Origin: a virus
Length of the DNA stretch: 64,000 nucleotides
Direction: 5' to 3' (one strand)
IMG/VR virus record: IMGVR_UViG_3300045993_000757
Coordinates: 1 to 64,000 of that record
The stretch's first letter is position 1; each line of letters starts with the position of its first letter. The position numbers were made by a program, and so were the translations under genes. Below the pieces are notes generated by a model. That model ran no database searches, was not told the origin of the DNA, and saw nothing but the letters and a program-made list of their open reading frames with translations. Positions 8,070 to 17,775 of the stretch are shown here, in pieces.

Positions 8070-8557
8070 TTGGCCTCCTTCTTCGGCTTCTTCAGCCGAG
8101 CTTCCCGGCGGGCCTCAGCCTTTTCCTCCTCCTCCTTCCGAACCGCCAGGATCCGGTCATGGGCAACCCGGCAGTTGGGGCAGTCTCCCCGCCGTCCATA
8201 GCCGCGGAATCCGATTTCCGCTGATTGAATCACAGACGAATCGAGATCTATTTCGGTTTCTGTAGTTAAAAACTCGAATGCTTTTCGCTCCCAGGCAGGG
8301 GCATTTTGTGAATCCGGATCGGTTTTGAATCGCAAAACCAATTCAGGTTTTGAGTGTACTCCCACAGACGCCGCCTGGAGTCGGAAGTCGTCATCCTGCC
8401 ACCAAGCGTCCGGCAGGTCATCCCAGGTCGCCATGGCCTCCAGTGCCCAAGGGGGGATTCTGTCGCCAATTTGGAAGACGAAATCAGGGGGTCGATCGAC
8501 CAGCGGAGGCAGGGGGTCTTTTGGCGGCGGTGACGCCAATGACGGGGTAGGCTCCAT
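8066..8557 (-). CDS. hypothetical protein (start uncertain; frame is open to 8866)
   Basis: Globular C-terminal part with CPNC; the N-terminal extension coincides with the candidate origin. Confidence 0.6.
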   Translation of the reverse strand: MEPTPSLASPPPKDPLPPLVDRPPDFVFQIGDRIPPWALEAMATWDDLPDAWWQDDDFRLQAASVGVHSKPELVLRFKTDPDSQNAPAWERKAFEFLTTETEIDLDSSVIQSAEIGFRGYGRRGDCPNCRVAHDRILAVRKEEEEKAEARREARLKKPKKEAK

Positions 8558-8833
8558 ATCCTTAGGATAGGTAAAATAACTATCACCATTATATAATGGG
8601 ACACCATTATATACTGTATCCTTTTTATTTACCTCTTTTTCTAAAGTAGAAGTAGTGTGACACTGTGTCATCGGCTCGGAAGTCTGCTTATTATCAACGA
8701 CTTGAGTGGATGACGGGGTCTGAGATGACCCCGCACCCTGTGTCACCAGCGGTGACGCAGGTGACGCAGATGACGGGGTCTTTCGCTTTTGGAAAATTCC
8801 CGTTAAAAACTTGGTGTTCATAAAGGTGACGCA
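8529..8833. other. candidate replication origin (iterons, AT-rich tract, IHF site)
   Basis: GTGACGCA x3, ATGACGGGGT x3, palindromes CCATTATATAATGG and TGACACtGTGTCA, IHF-consensus TATCAACGACTTG; directly downstream of the primase-helicase. Confidence 0.6.
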
Positions 8834-8881
8834 CCCTTTTTCGAGTGTCGCGGAGTTTATAAGCATGGATCTGATACAAAA

Positions 8882-11128
8882 TCAGGTCCACAAACCGGCC
8901 TCGTTTTCGCCCTCTTGCGGAGGCTGTATCCGCCATGTCCGGCTGTTTTTCGTTCGGATGTACTCGATTCTTTTTGGGAAATTTATCATCAATCTTCGCA
9001 AATAAGTACCGCACGCATTGGGCCAGGAAAGCAGTTTTTCGACTTCCCGCGTGTATTGGGAATCTTTCAAACGCACTAAAAGTGCCTCCGATGTTCCCGA
9101 CCATATCACCGGCGTCATGTCCTTGAAGATCACGTTGTCGATGTACGTGAGGAGCTGGCGCTCAGGGCTCATGTCGATCAGCGCCGACAGAATGCTCGGA
9201 TGCTGCCATGCGGCGACCTGTGTCCGACTGTTGAAGTAATGGGGGTGGTGCTCCTTGGCATACGCCATGTCCAGGGTGTCGATCCGGTCGATGAATGCCG
9301 GCATCTCCTCGCGTAAAACTCGCGTTAGCCACTCGGCCTCACTGACCCCATCCGGCACATCCCTGGGAACTTTCTCCATCTTCAGGATCGTGATCTTGTC
9401 GGCCAATGCCGAGTCGATCACCGGAAGCACGTTGAGGTGCTCAGGCTCGTCGTTGATGCTCATGCTCAACAGCCAGTAGGGGCTCAAGGCGACCCCGCGG
9501 CGGCCCTTGTCGTGGCAGTTGAACGTCCGGCTGAACAACATCGACTTCAGGCACTCGCCCAGGTGCCGGCGGCTGGCCATGTCGGTCTTGGCGGTGTCGT
9601 CTTCGAGCATGAGATGCTCTGCCCCGAACAGCTCGCCGTTGAACGGAGTCTGGCCTTGCAGGAACAGCGTAGGCTTCGCGCTACGGCCCCCCAGACATCG
9701 GCTGATGATCTCCTGGGCCAGCGACTTGCCACAGTCCTTGGGACCGACCAGGACGGGCGATGGCAGGGGGAACCAGAGCTGCTTCAGGATCCGCAGCCGG
9801 GCATAGTGGATGATCGACAGGTAGCGGAAGTATTGCTCCTCGCCCAAGGCGTCGTGGAGGATCTTCTGGATCCGATCGGAGTTCCCCGCCCTCCCTTCGG
9901 GCAGGATGCAGCTATCCGTGACCAGGACAGTCTTCCCGGCCATGTAGTGAAGCCCCGAGGGCCATCCTGCCACAGGGCCCGCGTAGGCAACCGACTCCTC
10001 CCGGATCAGGCGAAGAACCTCCCGGTCGATGGGCGATGGATCCCCGTTCTTGGTGTACTTCTCCATCCCCGAGACGTGCATGGCCAGCTTCACCATGCCT
10101 TCCGTCACGGGGACGAAGTCCATGTTTGCCGCCTGGAGCCACCACGTCCTCCCCCCAGAGTCGAACAGACAGACCGTCCGATCCGGGGGCCGTACCGCCA
10201 AGATCGTGGCCTTGACGACGTCCGCGCCCCTCACGCGCTTCAGGTCGTTGAAGTCGGTGTGGTCCCGATCCGCCGGGAATCCTTCGAAGTCCGGCACGGC
10301 GAGCCCGGCCTGGACCGTCAGCACCGCGGTGTCCGCCTCATCCAGTCCGGGGTTGCTTCCCGCCACATGGCGGTCGTTGTCGGCACAGACGACAATCCCG
10401 GCCGTGGGATACCTGGAGCGGATGGCCCGCGCCACCGACATCAGGTTGTTGGCGTACATCGACGCCGCGACCGGCATCCCGGTGCATTCGTAGATCGTCG
10501 CCGCCGTGGCGAACCCCTCGCAGATGCAGATCACGGGGGCCTGGGTGAATCGGCCGATCGGGAAGAAGTGGCCGGTGATTTTTCCGCCCGGCTGGAAGTA
10601 TTTGGTCTTCCCGCCGAACTTCGGCATGGGCTCGTGGTGAACCGCCTGCATCGACCAACACCGCCCATTCACGTCCACGATGGGGATGAACAGATACGGC
10701 ATCTCCGGCGACATCACCGCGCCGTTGGCCTTGATCCCCTTCTTGACGAGATAGGGGTGTTCGTCCGGGGCCAGGAGGAGCTCTGGCAGGATCACGTCCG
10801 TCAGGGTCTCTGACAGGATCTTGGCCCGCTCCTCCTTCTCCTCGTCGCGCTCCTCGTTGGCCTTGGCGATCTTCTTCTTCTCCGCCTCGGTCAACTCCCG
10901 ACCCACGCCGATCCAGGTCAGGTCGGCCTGGCATCGGTGGCAGCCGGCGTGGCCCCGCAGCACCGGCTCCTCGTGGAACACCGCCCAACCGGCCTCCCCG
11001 GCCCCGCAATGGTGTTTGTAGCGATGGATCTTCCCGTCAACCGGCGGCTCCGTGGGCGGCTCGAATCCATTCTCGACCAGGAATTCGTAAGCCGACTTGT
11101 CCCCCTTGGACGCTGTGGTGAGGATCAT
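8882..11128 (-). CDS. primase-helicase (Zn-binding, Toprim, P-loop helicase)
   Basis: CHRC; ICEGFATA, CADND, DFNDL; GPKDCGKS Walker A; start MILTTASK coupled to the helicase stop. Confidence 0.9.
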   Translation of the reverse strand: MILTTASKGDKSAYEFLVENGFEPPTEPPVDGKIHRYKHHCGAGEAGWAVFHEEPVLRGHAGCHRCQADLTWIGVGRELTEAEKKKIAKANEERDEEKEERAKILSETLTDVILPELLLAPDEHPYLVKKGIKANGAVMSPEMPYLFIPIVDVNGRCWSMQAVHHEPMPKFGGKTKYFQPGGKITGHFFPIGRFTQAPVICICEGFATAATIYECTGMPVAASMYANNLMSVARAIRSRYPTAGIVVCADNDRHVAGSNPGLDEADTAVLTVQAGLAVPDFEGFPADRDHTDFNDLKRVRGADVVKATILAVRPPDRTVCLFDSGGRTWWLQAANMDFVPVTEGMVKLAMHVSGMEKYTKNGDPSPIDREVLRLIREESVAYAGPVAGWPSGLHYMAGKTVLVTDSCILPEGRAGNSDRIQKILHDALGEEQYFRYLSIIHYARLRILKQLWFPLPSPVLVGPKDCGKSLAQEIISRCLGGRSAKPTLFLQGQTPFNGELFGAEHLMLEDDTAKTDMASRRHLGECLKSMLFSRTFNCHDKGRRGVALSPYWLLSMSINDEPEHLNVLPVIDSALADKITILKMEKVPRDVPDGVSEAEWLTRVLREEMPAFIDRIDTLDMAYAKEHHPHYFNSRTQVAAWQHPSILSALIDMSPERQLLTYIDNVIFKDMTPVIWSGTSEALLVRLKDSQYTREVEKLLSWPNACGTYLRRLMINFPKRIEYIRTKNSRTWRIQPPQEGENEAGLWT

Positions 11129-12441
11129 TTGGTGGCGCTTTTGATTTTCGCATAGAACTCCACCGCCTGATCCGAGCAGTACAACCCGCCGAACCAGTCC
11201 TTCAGGAATAGCCCTTCCAGCGTTCGGACACGCGACAGGGCGACGTAAGCCTGGCCGGGCTCGCGCGCGGCCCTGACGTCGATGTAGGCGCGATCCAGCG
11301 TGATCCCCTGGCTCCGGTGCACCGTCATGGCGTAGGCCAGCCTCAGGGGGAACTGGACGTACTCCGCAAACGCTTCCTGGCCTGGCTTGCCATTCTTCCA
11401 AACACGCTTCGACACCATCACCTCGCCCATACGCTCTGTCTCGACGTAGATGAAATCCCGGCTGATCTGCGTGACCTTGCCCGCGGTCCCGTTGACGTAC
11501 ATTCCATCCGGGTCGTTGACGGTCATCATCACCTGACACCCGACCTTGAGGAACAGGTTCCGTGGCGTGAGGAGGTTGTCGGCGATGAACTCTCCGGCCT
11601 TCTGGTCCCCGAAGATTTCACCGACGAACTCCGTGGCCTCGCCGGGAACGTCCTCCAGCATGGCGGTGTTCCACTTGTCCACCATCGAGTTGTGCGTGAA
11701 CAGCCGGGGGATGTTGGCGTCCGGGAACATCACGATTCGGTTGTGAAGGGTCTGGGCCGCTCGGCCGCTCACCTTGGCCACCCGGACCGCGCAGAGAGCC
11801 GAAATGAAGTCGAGCTGGGTTTGGCGGTGGATCTTCTCCAGGAGGATGTTCGTGAACCCCGACTGTTCCCACACGGGATCCGCGAACGCCCAGTCGTAGG
11901 GCTTGGCCTCGCCCTTGCGAACGGGAGCCAACTGAAGGAAGTCGCCCACCGTGATGACCTGACACCCGCCCCACGGCCGGTCGTCGTCGCGCAGTTTCCG
12001 GAACATCCACTCGATGAAGTTGAGCTGCCTACCGCTCAGCATCGAAATCTCGTCGATGACGAGCACCTTGCAGCGGACGATGCGCTCAAACCCGCGGCGG
12101 ATGGACCTGTAAGGCTGGTCGCAGAGCCAGCGAAAGTACGTCTCGTTCGTCTCGTTGGGATCGCGCTGATCGGATCCCGGCCCCAGGAGCATCCCAGTCC
12201 AGCGATGGATGGTCATGCCGCCGATGTTCAGAGCGGCGATGCCCGTGGGGGCGACGATGTCCACGACGTCCTCATGATCCTTGATGAAGTTTCGGATCAG
12301 CGTGGTCTTGCCCGTGCCGGCCATGCCGGACAGGTGGATGTTCTTCCCATCCATGGCGGCTTCTTGGAAGTCCTTGGCAGGATCTCCTTCGGGAACGGGA
12401 ACTGGCGGCGGTTGGTTCGGATCTTCGGTGGTGATTTTCAT
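11125..12441 (-). CDS. Pif1/RecD-like SF1B DNA helicase
   Basis: GMAGTGKT, APTGIAA, IDEISM, GDFLQL, AMTVHRSQG, YVALSR. Confidence 0.95.
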   Translation of the reverse strand: MKITTEDPNQPPPVPVPEGDPAKDFQEAAMDGKNIHLSGMAGTGKTTLIRNFIKDHEDVVDIVAPTGIAALNIGGMTIHRWTGMLLGPGSDQRDPNETNETYFRWLCDQPYRSIRRGFERIVRCKVLVIDEISMLSGRQLNFIEWMFRKLRDDDRPWGGCQVITVGDFLQLAPVRKGEAKPYDWAFADPVWEQSGFTNILLEKIHRQTQLDFISALCAVRVAKVSGRAAQTLHNRIVMFPDANIPRLFTHNSMVDKWNTAMLEDVPGEATEFVGEIFGDQKAGEFIADNLLTPRNLFLKVGCQVMMTVNDPDGMYVNGTAGKVTQISRDFIYVETERMGEVMVSKRVWKNGKPGQEAFAEYVQFPLRLAYAMTVHRSQGITLDRAYIDVRAAREPGQAYVALSRVRTLEGLFLKDWFGGLYCSDQAVEFYAKIKSATK

Positions 12442-12452
12442 AGGTTGCAGAG

Positions 12453-12485
12453 AAAAAAAGGCCCCCCGGATTGCTCCGGAGGGCC
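12453..12485 (-). terminator. intrinsic terminator after the SSB-like gene
   Basis: GGCCCTCCGGA-GCAA-TCCGGGGGGCC-TTTTTTT. Confidence 0.85.
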
Positions 12486-12538
12486 GTTACGGAGGCGGTT
12501 AAGGCCAACTTCGAGTACAGACCCGACATGGCTTCATT

Positions 12539-13285
12539 TCAGTAAGGAATGGTGGAGTCGTCTTCCTCAACTTTGGCCTTCGACTTCTGGGCGACGTACC
12601 ACTCCAGGGCGGCGACGAGGCGCTTGTCGTCCGCGGTGGCCTTGGCGTTATCCTTGGCTCCCGGCATCCAAAGCTCGGCGAGCTTATCCAGGCTGGCCGG
12701 ATCGACCTCGCGCAGCTCGTGGCCGCTGTGCTTCCCGATGTGGATCTTGGTCTTCGAGTGATCCACCGGGGCAGCCGCCGCGGCGGACTGCTGACCGCCG
12801 GCGGGCTTGGGTGCCTCGGTCTTGTGATAGTTCGAGTCCTGTTTCGGGCGATCCTTCGTCCGTTTGTACTCCCCGGACGGTTTCACGGCGTCCGCCAGAT
12901 TCTTCAGCGGGGTGCAGCTCGCGATGTTGGCGTAGACCTTGTCGTCCTTCTCGACCTGGGAGATGACGACGAAGCAGTTCATGCCAATGAGGGATTCCGT
13001 GTCGAACCCTTCCAGCTCCTCTTTGGTCAGGTCCCGACCGAACAGGGCCTTCAGGAACTTCCGGAAGTTGGCCTTCTCGTTGAGGCTGGGGGCGAATCCG
13101 TTGCTCCAAGCGCACCAGTGCTTGCCCTCCTCGTTCAATTCCGCCGTTTCGAACACGACGCGGAACTGGTCCTGCTCGCCGAACTTGGTCTGAACCTTCT
13201 TCGGCTCGGTGACATCGACGATGACGGCCGGGCCCTGATAGTCGGGATGGGGTTGGAAGTCCTTCCCCTGTTTGGTAATAATCAT
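12539..13285 (-). CDS. SSB-like phage replication protein (NGO0469-like) with C-terminal IGKH domain and acidic tail
   Basis: SLNEKANFRKFL...GRDLT.EELEGFD.ESLIG...YANI pattern; ends EEDDSTIPY. Confidence 0.75.
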   Translation of the reverse strand: MIITKQGKDFQPHPDYQGPAVIVDVTEPKKVQTKFGEQDQFRVVFETAELNEEGKHWCAWSNGFAPSLNEKANFRKFLKALFGRDLTKEELEGFDTESLIGMNCFVVISQVEKDDKVYANIASCTPLKNLADAVKPSGEYKRTKDRPKQDSNYHKTEAPKPAGGQQSAAAAAPVDHSKTKIHIGKHSGHELREVDPASLDKLAELWMPGAKDNAKATADDKRLVAALEWYVAQKSKAKVEEDDSTIPY

Positions 13286-13500
13286 TTGACAGTCCTTGAT
13301 GTCTGATTTCCACTCCGCTCGGTGGTTTTTTTCAGTTGCAGAGCCCGGCCGAGCGGATCGGCCGGGTTTCTTCATTTCTCGGGCGCCAAATCCACAACTT
13401 GGCGCGTTTTCAATCTCCCGACCCGGTCGCGCGCTGTCAAGCTCGTTAAAGATTTCACTTTTTCGTTGCGCGCCCCAGCCCAGTCATCAATGGTTTCCGA

Positions 13501-13710
13501 ATGACAACCCGAGCAAAGCCGGACGGGAAAAGGAAAAATGACGTGATGCTTGTTTCATACAGGATCTCGAAGCAAACCATCCAACGGGCTGCGATGATTT
13601 CGAAGCGGTGGGGATGGAATAAAAGGACAACGATTGAGCGGGCGCTGGCTTTTGCGGCTTCACACCCCGACTTCTCGCCTCTGACATCCGATCCGGAGGC
13701 TGCCAAGTGA
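13501..13710 (+). CDS. ribbon-helix-helix-like DNA-binding protein
   Basis: VSYRIS beta strand followed by two helices; small and basic. Confidence 0.65.
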   Translation: MTTRAKPDGKRKNDVMLVSYRISKQTIQRAAMISKRWGWNKRTTIERALAFAASHPDFSPLTSDPEAAK

Positions 13711-14168
13711 GCACGTCTCTCACTAAGTACGAGTGCGAGCAGGGGCTCGACAAGCTAGGCGAGGCCGAGGCGCTGCTGGCCATGGTTGAATCCATTCCCG
13801 ATGCCAAGCAGATCGCCAACCAAGCCGACGCCATTCGTCTCTACATGAAGAAGGCCAACCTAGGACTGGCAAACCAGAACCGCGCCGCCGCTATCGCCAT
13901 CAAGGCCAGAAAAAAGGCCGGGGAGATAGCGAAGACAATCGAACGCAAGCTTAACGCTCCGCACAAAAATGCTACCGCAGCCGGTTGCGGCAGCGAAAAG
14001 ACACCACTCCAGAAGGCCCGAGAGGAAGCGAAGGTATCTGAGCGTACTCTGGAAAACTGGCAAACCCTCGCCACTGAAACCACGGATGCCGAGATCGACG
14101 AAGCCGCGCACGAAGCTTTGGAAACCCAACCCAGAACTCCAGTTTCAGCAAGTGATCGCGCTGTATGA
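13707..14168 (+). CDS. phage helical protein resembling the N-terminal module often fused to phage DNA methylases
   Basis: AKQIANQADAIRLY...AAAIAIKARKKAGE pattern; possible frameshift near the 3' end. Confidence 0.7.
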   Translation: MSTSLTKYECEQGLDKLGEAEALLAMVESIPDAKQIANQADAIRLYMKKANLGLANQNRAAAIAIKARKKAGEIAKTIERKLNAPHKNATAAGCGSEKTPLQKAREEAKVSERTLENWQTLATETTDAEIDEAAHEALETQPRTPVSASDRAV

Positions 14169-14213
14169 CCTCGCGCTCGTTGCATCGACAACCAGAAAGT
14201 CAGGAAAATCTAA

Positions 14214-16106
14214 ATGAGACTCACCAAAATCACCGGTCAAAACGTCAAAGGCCGAAACTTCGACATCGAACTGAGCCCCGCCACGCTCCTTTGCGGCGGG
14301 AACTTCGCCGGCAAGAGCGCCGTCATCGCTGCCATCCGCTTCGGCATGGCCGGATACCTACCGCCCCCGGTTGGAAAGCTGCCCAGCAGCATCTACGCCG
14401 CGCTCGCGGGAAACCCTGAGGATGCCGGTCAACTCTCCGTGACGGTTCACACCATCATGGACAACCAGGGGAGGCTCCCGATGAGCTACGAGACCCGCCT
14501 GGTGAAGACCGCGCGCGGCGGCGTGTCCACCGTCGGCGGCATTCCTGGTCAAATGGCCCTCCCGTCCGTGCTCGTGGATCCCAAAACCTTCTTCGCGCTG
14601 TCCGGCCCGGCCCGAGTTCAGGCCATATTCGAGGCCTGCGACGTGAAACTGGAGCCGGCGATTATCGCGGCGAAGATTCAGACCGCGGCCCCCACGACCT
14701 TCCCCGTCGCTCGCCGCACGGTGGTCATCCGGTCGGCGATCGACCGCTCCAAGGCCCTTAGCGCGGCTCACCCGCCCCATATCGCGCTCGGAAAGCTGAT
14801 CGACGAGCAGAAGGAGCTCCTCAAGAACGTCAAGGCGACCGGCAAGACCCAGTCCGCCGTCATCCAGGCGATCAACTGGGAGGGCGAAGTGCCCATGGAC
14901 GTGTCCGAGTACCTCGCCGAGGCTCTCCAGGCCCAAAGCGCGGCCGAGCGCGCGGAGTCGGACCTTCTCAAGCAGGCCCATGCGGCCAAGGACTGGGTCT
15001 CCAAGCGTTCCAGGCTCGATTCCGACGTTGCCAAGCTCCAGGCGGACATCGAACTGAACACCTGGGACCAACCGCCCGTCCCGTGGTCCGATTCGGAGGA
15101 GATTTCCTTGGTCGGGCACAAGCGCGAGCTTCAAAACCTTGTGATCCTGAATGCTCGGAAGCAGTCCAAGCGTGAATCCTTGCAGGCTCGTATCCGCCAG
15201 CTTCGAACCCCGACCCAGGGCGCTCCCAAGTGCCCGATCTGCGGTGGGCCGGCGGCGGACGCTCTTGACGACGCAGAACTTGAGCTGTCGTCCATCGGTC
15301 CCGACTACGACCTGGAGCCGTTCCAGAAGCTCATTGCCACCCAGGAGGCCCGGAAGAAGAAGGCCGGCGAGGACGCGATCCGGTTCCAGCGCGACTTCTC
15401 CCTCGTCTCCAAGCTGACGGATCAGATCAGAACCCTGAAGTCTGGATGGGCTCAGGAAGGTCCGCTCGCGCCGTCGCCCGGGGAACTCGCCGCCGCATCG
15501 TCGATCGTCAAGAAGCGCCAGAACGCCGTCCTCTTGATCCGCGAGTCCGCTGTCCGTTGGGAAGCCTACCAGCAGACGTCCTCCAAGCGGGAGGCGGCTG
15601 AGAAGGCGATGCTCGAACTGACGTGCGACGAGGCGGTCCTGGCCTCGATCATCGACGTGCTCCGTACCTTGATGAAGGACGTGGTCGAGACGGCCTTCAC
15701 CAGCGTGCTGGCCTATGCCCGCCACTTCACGGACGGGATCCTCAACTCGCCCCTGGAGTACATCGAGGAACTCGGCCGGCGCGTTTCGGCCGCAGATAGG
15801 GCCATGGGCTGCACGGCCCCCATCGGATCCTGGATCAGCCACGAGTCGTTCAGTGGCACTGAGGAGGCCATCGCCTACGCCGCGTTCTCCGTGGCCATCG
15901 CCATGAAGTCGCCGTTCCGGCTGGTCGTCATCGACGAGCTGGGCCGGCTGGAGCAGGTCACGAAGGACAAGCTCATGGTCCGGATGGCGGAACTGGTGAA
16001 GGCCGGGAAGATCGACCAGTTCATCGGCGTGGACACGCTCTGCCACGACTACGACGGATTCACCACGGTCCGGCTTTCGGATCCTTCCGTTTCCTTCCAT
16101 GAGTAA
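14214..16106 (+). CDS. Rad50/SbcC-like ABC ATPase
   Basis: GGNFAGKS Walker A, coiled coil with CPIC Zn hook, FSGTEE signature, VVIDE Walker B. Confidence 0.9.
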   Translation: MRLTKITGQNVKGRNFDIELSPATLLCGGNFAGKSAVIAAIRFGMAGYLPPPVGKLPSSIYAALAGNPEDAGQLSVTVHTIMDNQGRLPMSYETRLVKTARGGVSTVGGIPGQMALPSVLVDPKTFFALSGPARVQAIFEACDVKLEPAIIAAKIQTAAPTTFPVARRTVVIRSAIDRSKALSAAHPPHIALGKLIDEQKELLKNVKATGKTQSAVIQAINWEGEVPMDVSEYLAEALQAQSAAERAESDLLKQAHAAKDWVSKRSRLDSDVAKLQADIELNTWDQPPVPWSDSEEISLVGHKRELQNLVILNARKQSKRESLQARIRQLRTPTQGAPKCPICGGPAADALDDAELELSSIGPDYDLEPFQKLIATQEARKKKAGEDAIRFQRDFSLVSKLTDQIRTLKSGWAQEGPLAPSPGELAAASSIVKKRQNAVLLIRESAVRWEAYQQTSSKREAAEKAMLELTCDEAVLASIIDVLRTLMKDVVETAFTSVLAYARHFTDGILNSPLEYIEELGRRVSAADRAMGCTAPIGSWISHESFSGTEEAIAYAAFSVAIAMKSPFRLVVIDELGRLEQVTKDKLMVRMAELVKAGKIDQFIGVDTLCHDYDGFTTVRLSDPSVSFHE

Positions 16107-17775
16107 GCTCAAATGCCACGTCACCTTCATGCACACGAGCGTTACCCCTGAGACGCTTCGGATGCTCGCCCTCTGCGTCACTTTCGCATCAAGGCATTAC
16201 CAGGTGGTCGTAGTGACGAACCTCACCAAAATTCTGGATCCCCTCGGAATGCCCTGCGACATCAAGCAGAGGGATTACACTTTGGCGGTTCCCTGGTCGG
16301 TCCACAAAATCAGAACGTACTCCGAGGCCGAGGGATCGGATCCATTCATCCATATCGACTCTGATGTCTTCCTGGTTGATCCGCTTCCTAACGATGTCCT
16401 TTCGGCCAACCTGTTTGCTCAAAGCCTTGAGGGCGACAAGCACTATCAAAACATAGAATTCATGCCTAAGGACTGGAAGGAGAACTACCTTCCAGTGCCA
16501 TTCAGGGCTTTCAACTGTGGCGTCTTCGGTGGGAACCCCGCCAGCGTCCGGGGGTTTGCCGCGGTGGCCATGGCTGCGTCCAGGGACTGCGGATCGGGGA
16601 TTCCCGCCACTTGGTGCGAGCAGGCTGTTCTTGGACGGTTCGATTGCAAAACGCTCTTGGATGTGTCGGACGAGACCGGAGAACCCATCGAGAACGGCGT
16701 TGGATACATCCACTTGATGGAGTCCAAGCGAAGACCGGACCAGCAGGACAGGGTTAGGGCCAGGTTGGAACAAGAGAATCCAATCGTAGCAGCCAGGCTT
16801 GACCCACCTAAGCCTGGTGTCGCCTCGGCTGGAAAGGTGAAACCCAACGACATCCTGGATTTCTACAAGAGAGCGCGGCCCGCTGCTCGGCCGATTCGGT
16901 TTGAAAGGTATTCCCCAGAACAGGTTACACTCACGGTGAGTCCGATGGGCCTTGGCGATGTCACGATCTTGACCGACATCGAGCGATGTGCGGCATCCGT
17001 TGGAAGGAAAGCTTACATCGCCAAGCGCGAGAGCGAAACATTTCGCACGGTGGTGAAGTTCTGCCCATCTCATTCCGGGAAACGAACGCCCTTGATGGTT
17101 TGTCTGACCGAGGCGTACTTGAAAAGCGGATGCGGACCAGGTCACCTGATTCAGAGAGCCCAAAGAATGTTTGAGCTTCCTGTGGACCCGGTTCCAAGGG
17201 GGAACATTCTGGTCCCAGGACGGTTTCATCGTCACAATAACCGGATCAGCATTCACGCAACTCCAGGTACTCATGTGGACTGGCAGCGGGAACTGCTTCA
17301 CCCGCGCGCTCGATCCCTTTACCCCGACACCATCAGCGCAATCTACGATCTCGCGGGGGATAAAAAGTTCACCCTGGTCGAAGTGGGAAGCAAAAGATGC
17401 CTGGACCACCGTCGAATTGAAGACGGAACGGGTGGCGGGATCGAGAATATGTTCCGGATCATGACGGAGTGTGAATATCACATCGGGATACTTTCGGGTC
17501 CGGCGCACGTCGCCGCCGCCATGGGGCTCAAACTCATCTTGGTCATCAATTTTCCGGAACCTGAAAAGCTGATGCTACCGAACCTCGTGGATATGGGGAT
17601 TGTCGAGGAGGAGTGGATCCCCCCCCAGGCGTGCGTCCTGCACCAGGATCACGACTCCCGACACTGGCCTCTTTTGACCCCAAAATCTTTGCGATCCGCG
17701 GTCGCCGGAGAAGTCTACCCCTACTGGGATAATTCCATCCTCCACGAGCTTTCAGGTTTTCCAGGCTTTCAATGA
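16099..17775 (+). CDS. two-domain glycosyltransferase (GT-A/DUF6734-like plus GT9-like)
   Basis: PFIHIDSDVFL DxD; GLGDV and HIGILSGPAHVAAAMG GT9-type motifs. Confidence 0.75.
   Translation: MSKLKCHVTFMHTSVTPETLRMLALCVTFASRHYQVVVVTNLTKILDPLGMPCDIKQRDYTLAVPWSVHKIRTYSEAEGSDPFIHIDSDVFLVDPLPNDVLSANLFAQSLEGDKHYQNIEFMPKDWKENYLPVPFRAFNCGVFGGNPASVRGFAAVAMAASRDCGSGIPATWCEQAVLGRFDCKTLLDVSDETGEPIENGVGYIHLMESKRRPDQQDRVRARLEQENPIVAARLDPPKPGVASAGKVKPNDILDFYKRARPAARPIRFERYSPEQVTLTVSPMGLGDVTILTDIERCAASVGRKAYIAKRESETFRTVVKFCPSHSGKRTPLMVCLTEAYLKSGCGPGHLIQRAQRMFELPVDPVPRGNILVPGRFHRHNNRISIHATPGTHVDWQRELLHPRARSLYPDTISAIYDLAGDKKFTLVEVGSKRCLDHRRIEDGTGGGIENMFRIMTECEYHIGILSGPAHVAAAMGLKLILVINFPEPEKLMLPNLVDMGIVEEEWIPPQACVLHQDHDSRHWPLLTPKSLRSAVAGEVYPYWDNSILHELSGFPGFQ

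Noticed and set aside
11129-11539. N-terminal extension of the track ORF 8882..11539
   Set aside because: Overlaps the Pif1 gene out of frame and has shadow-like composition; the real start is ATG 11128, coupled to the helicase stop
9437-16181. Long antisense ORFs (9437..10813, 11317..12966, 14358..16181)
   Set aside because: Mirror frames of well-supported high-GC3 genes; no motifs
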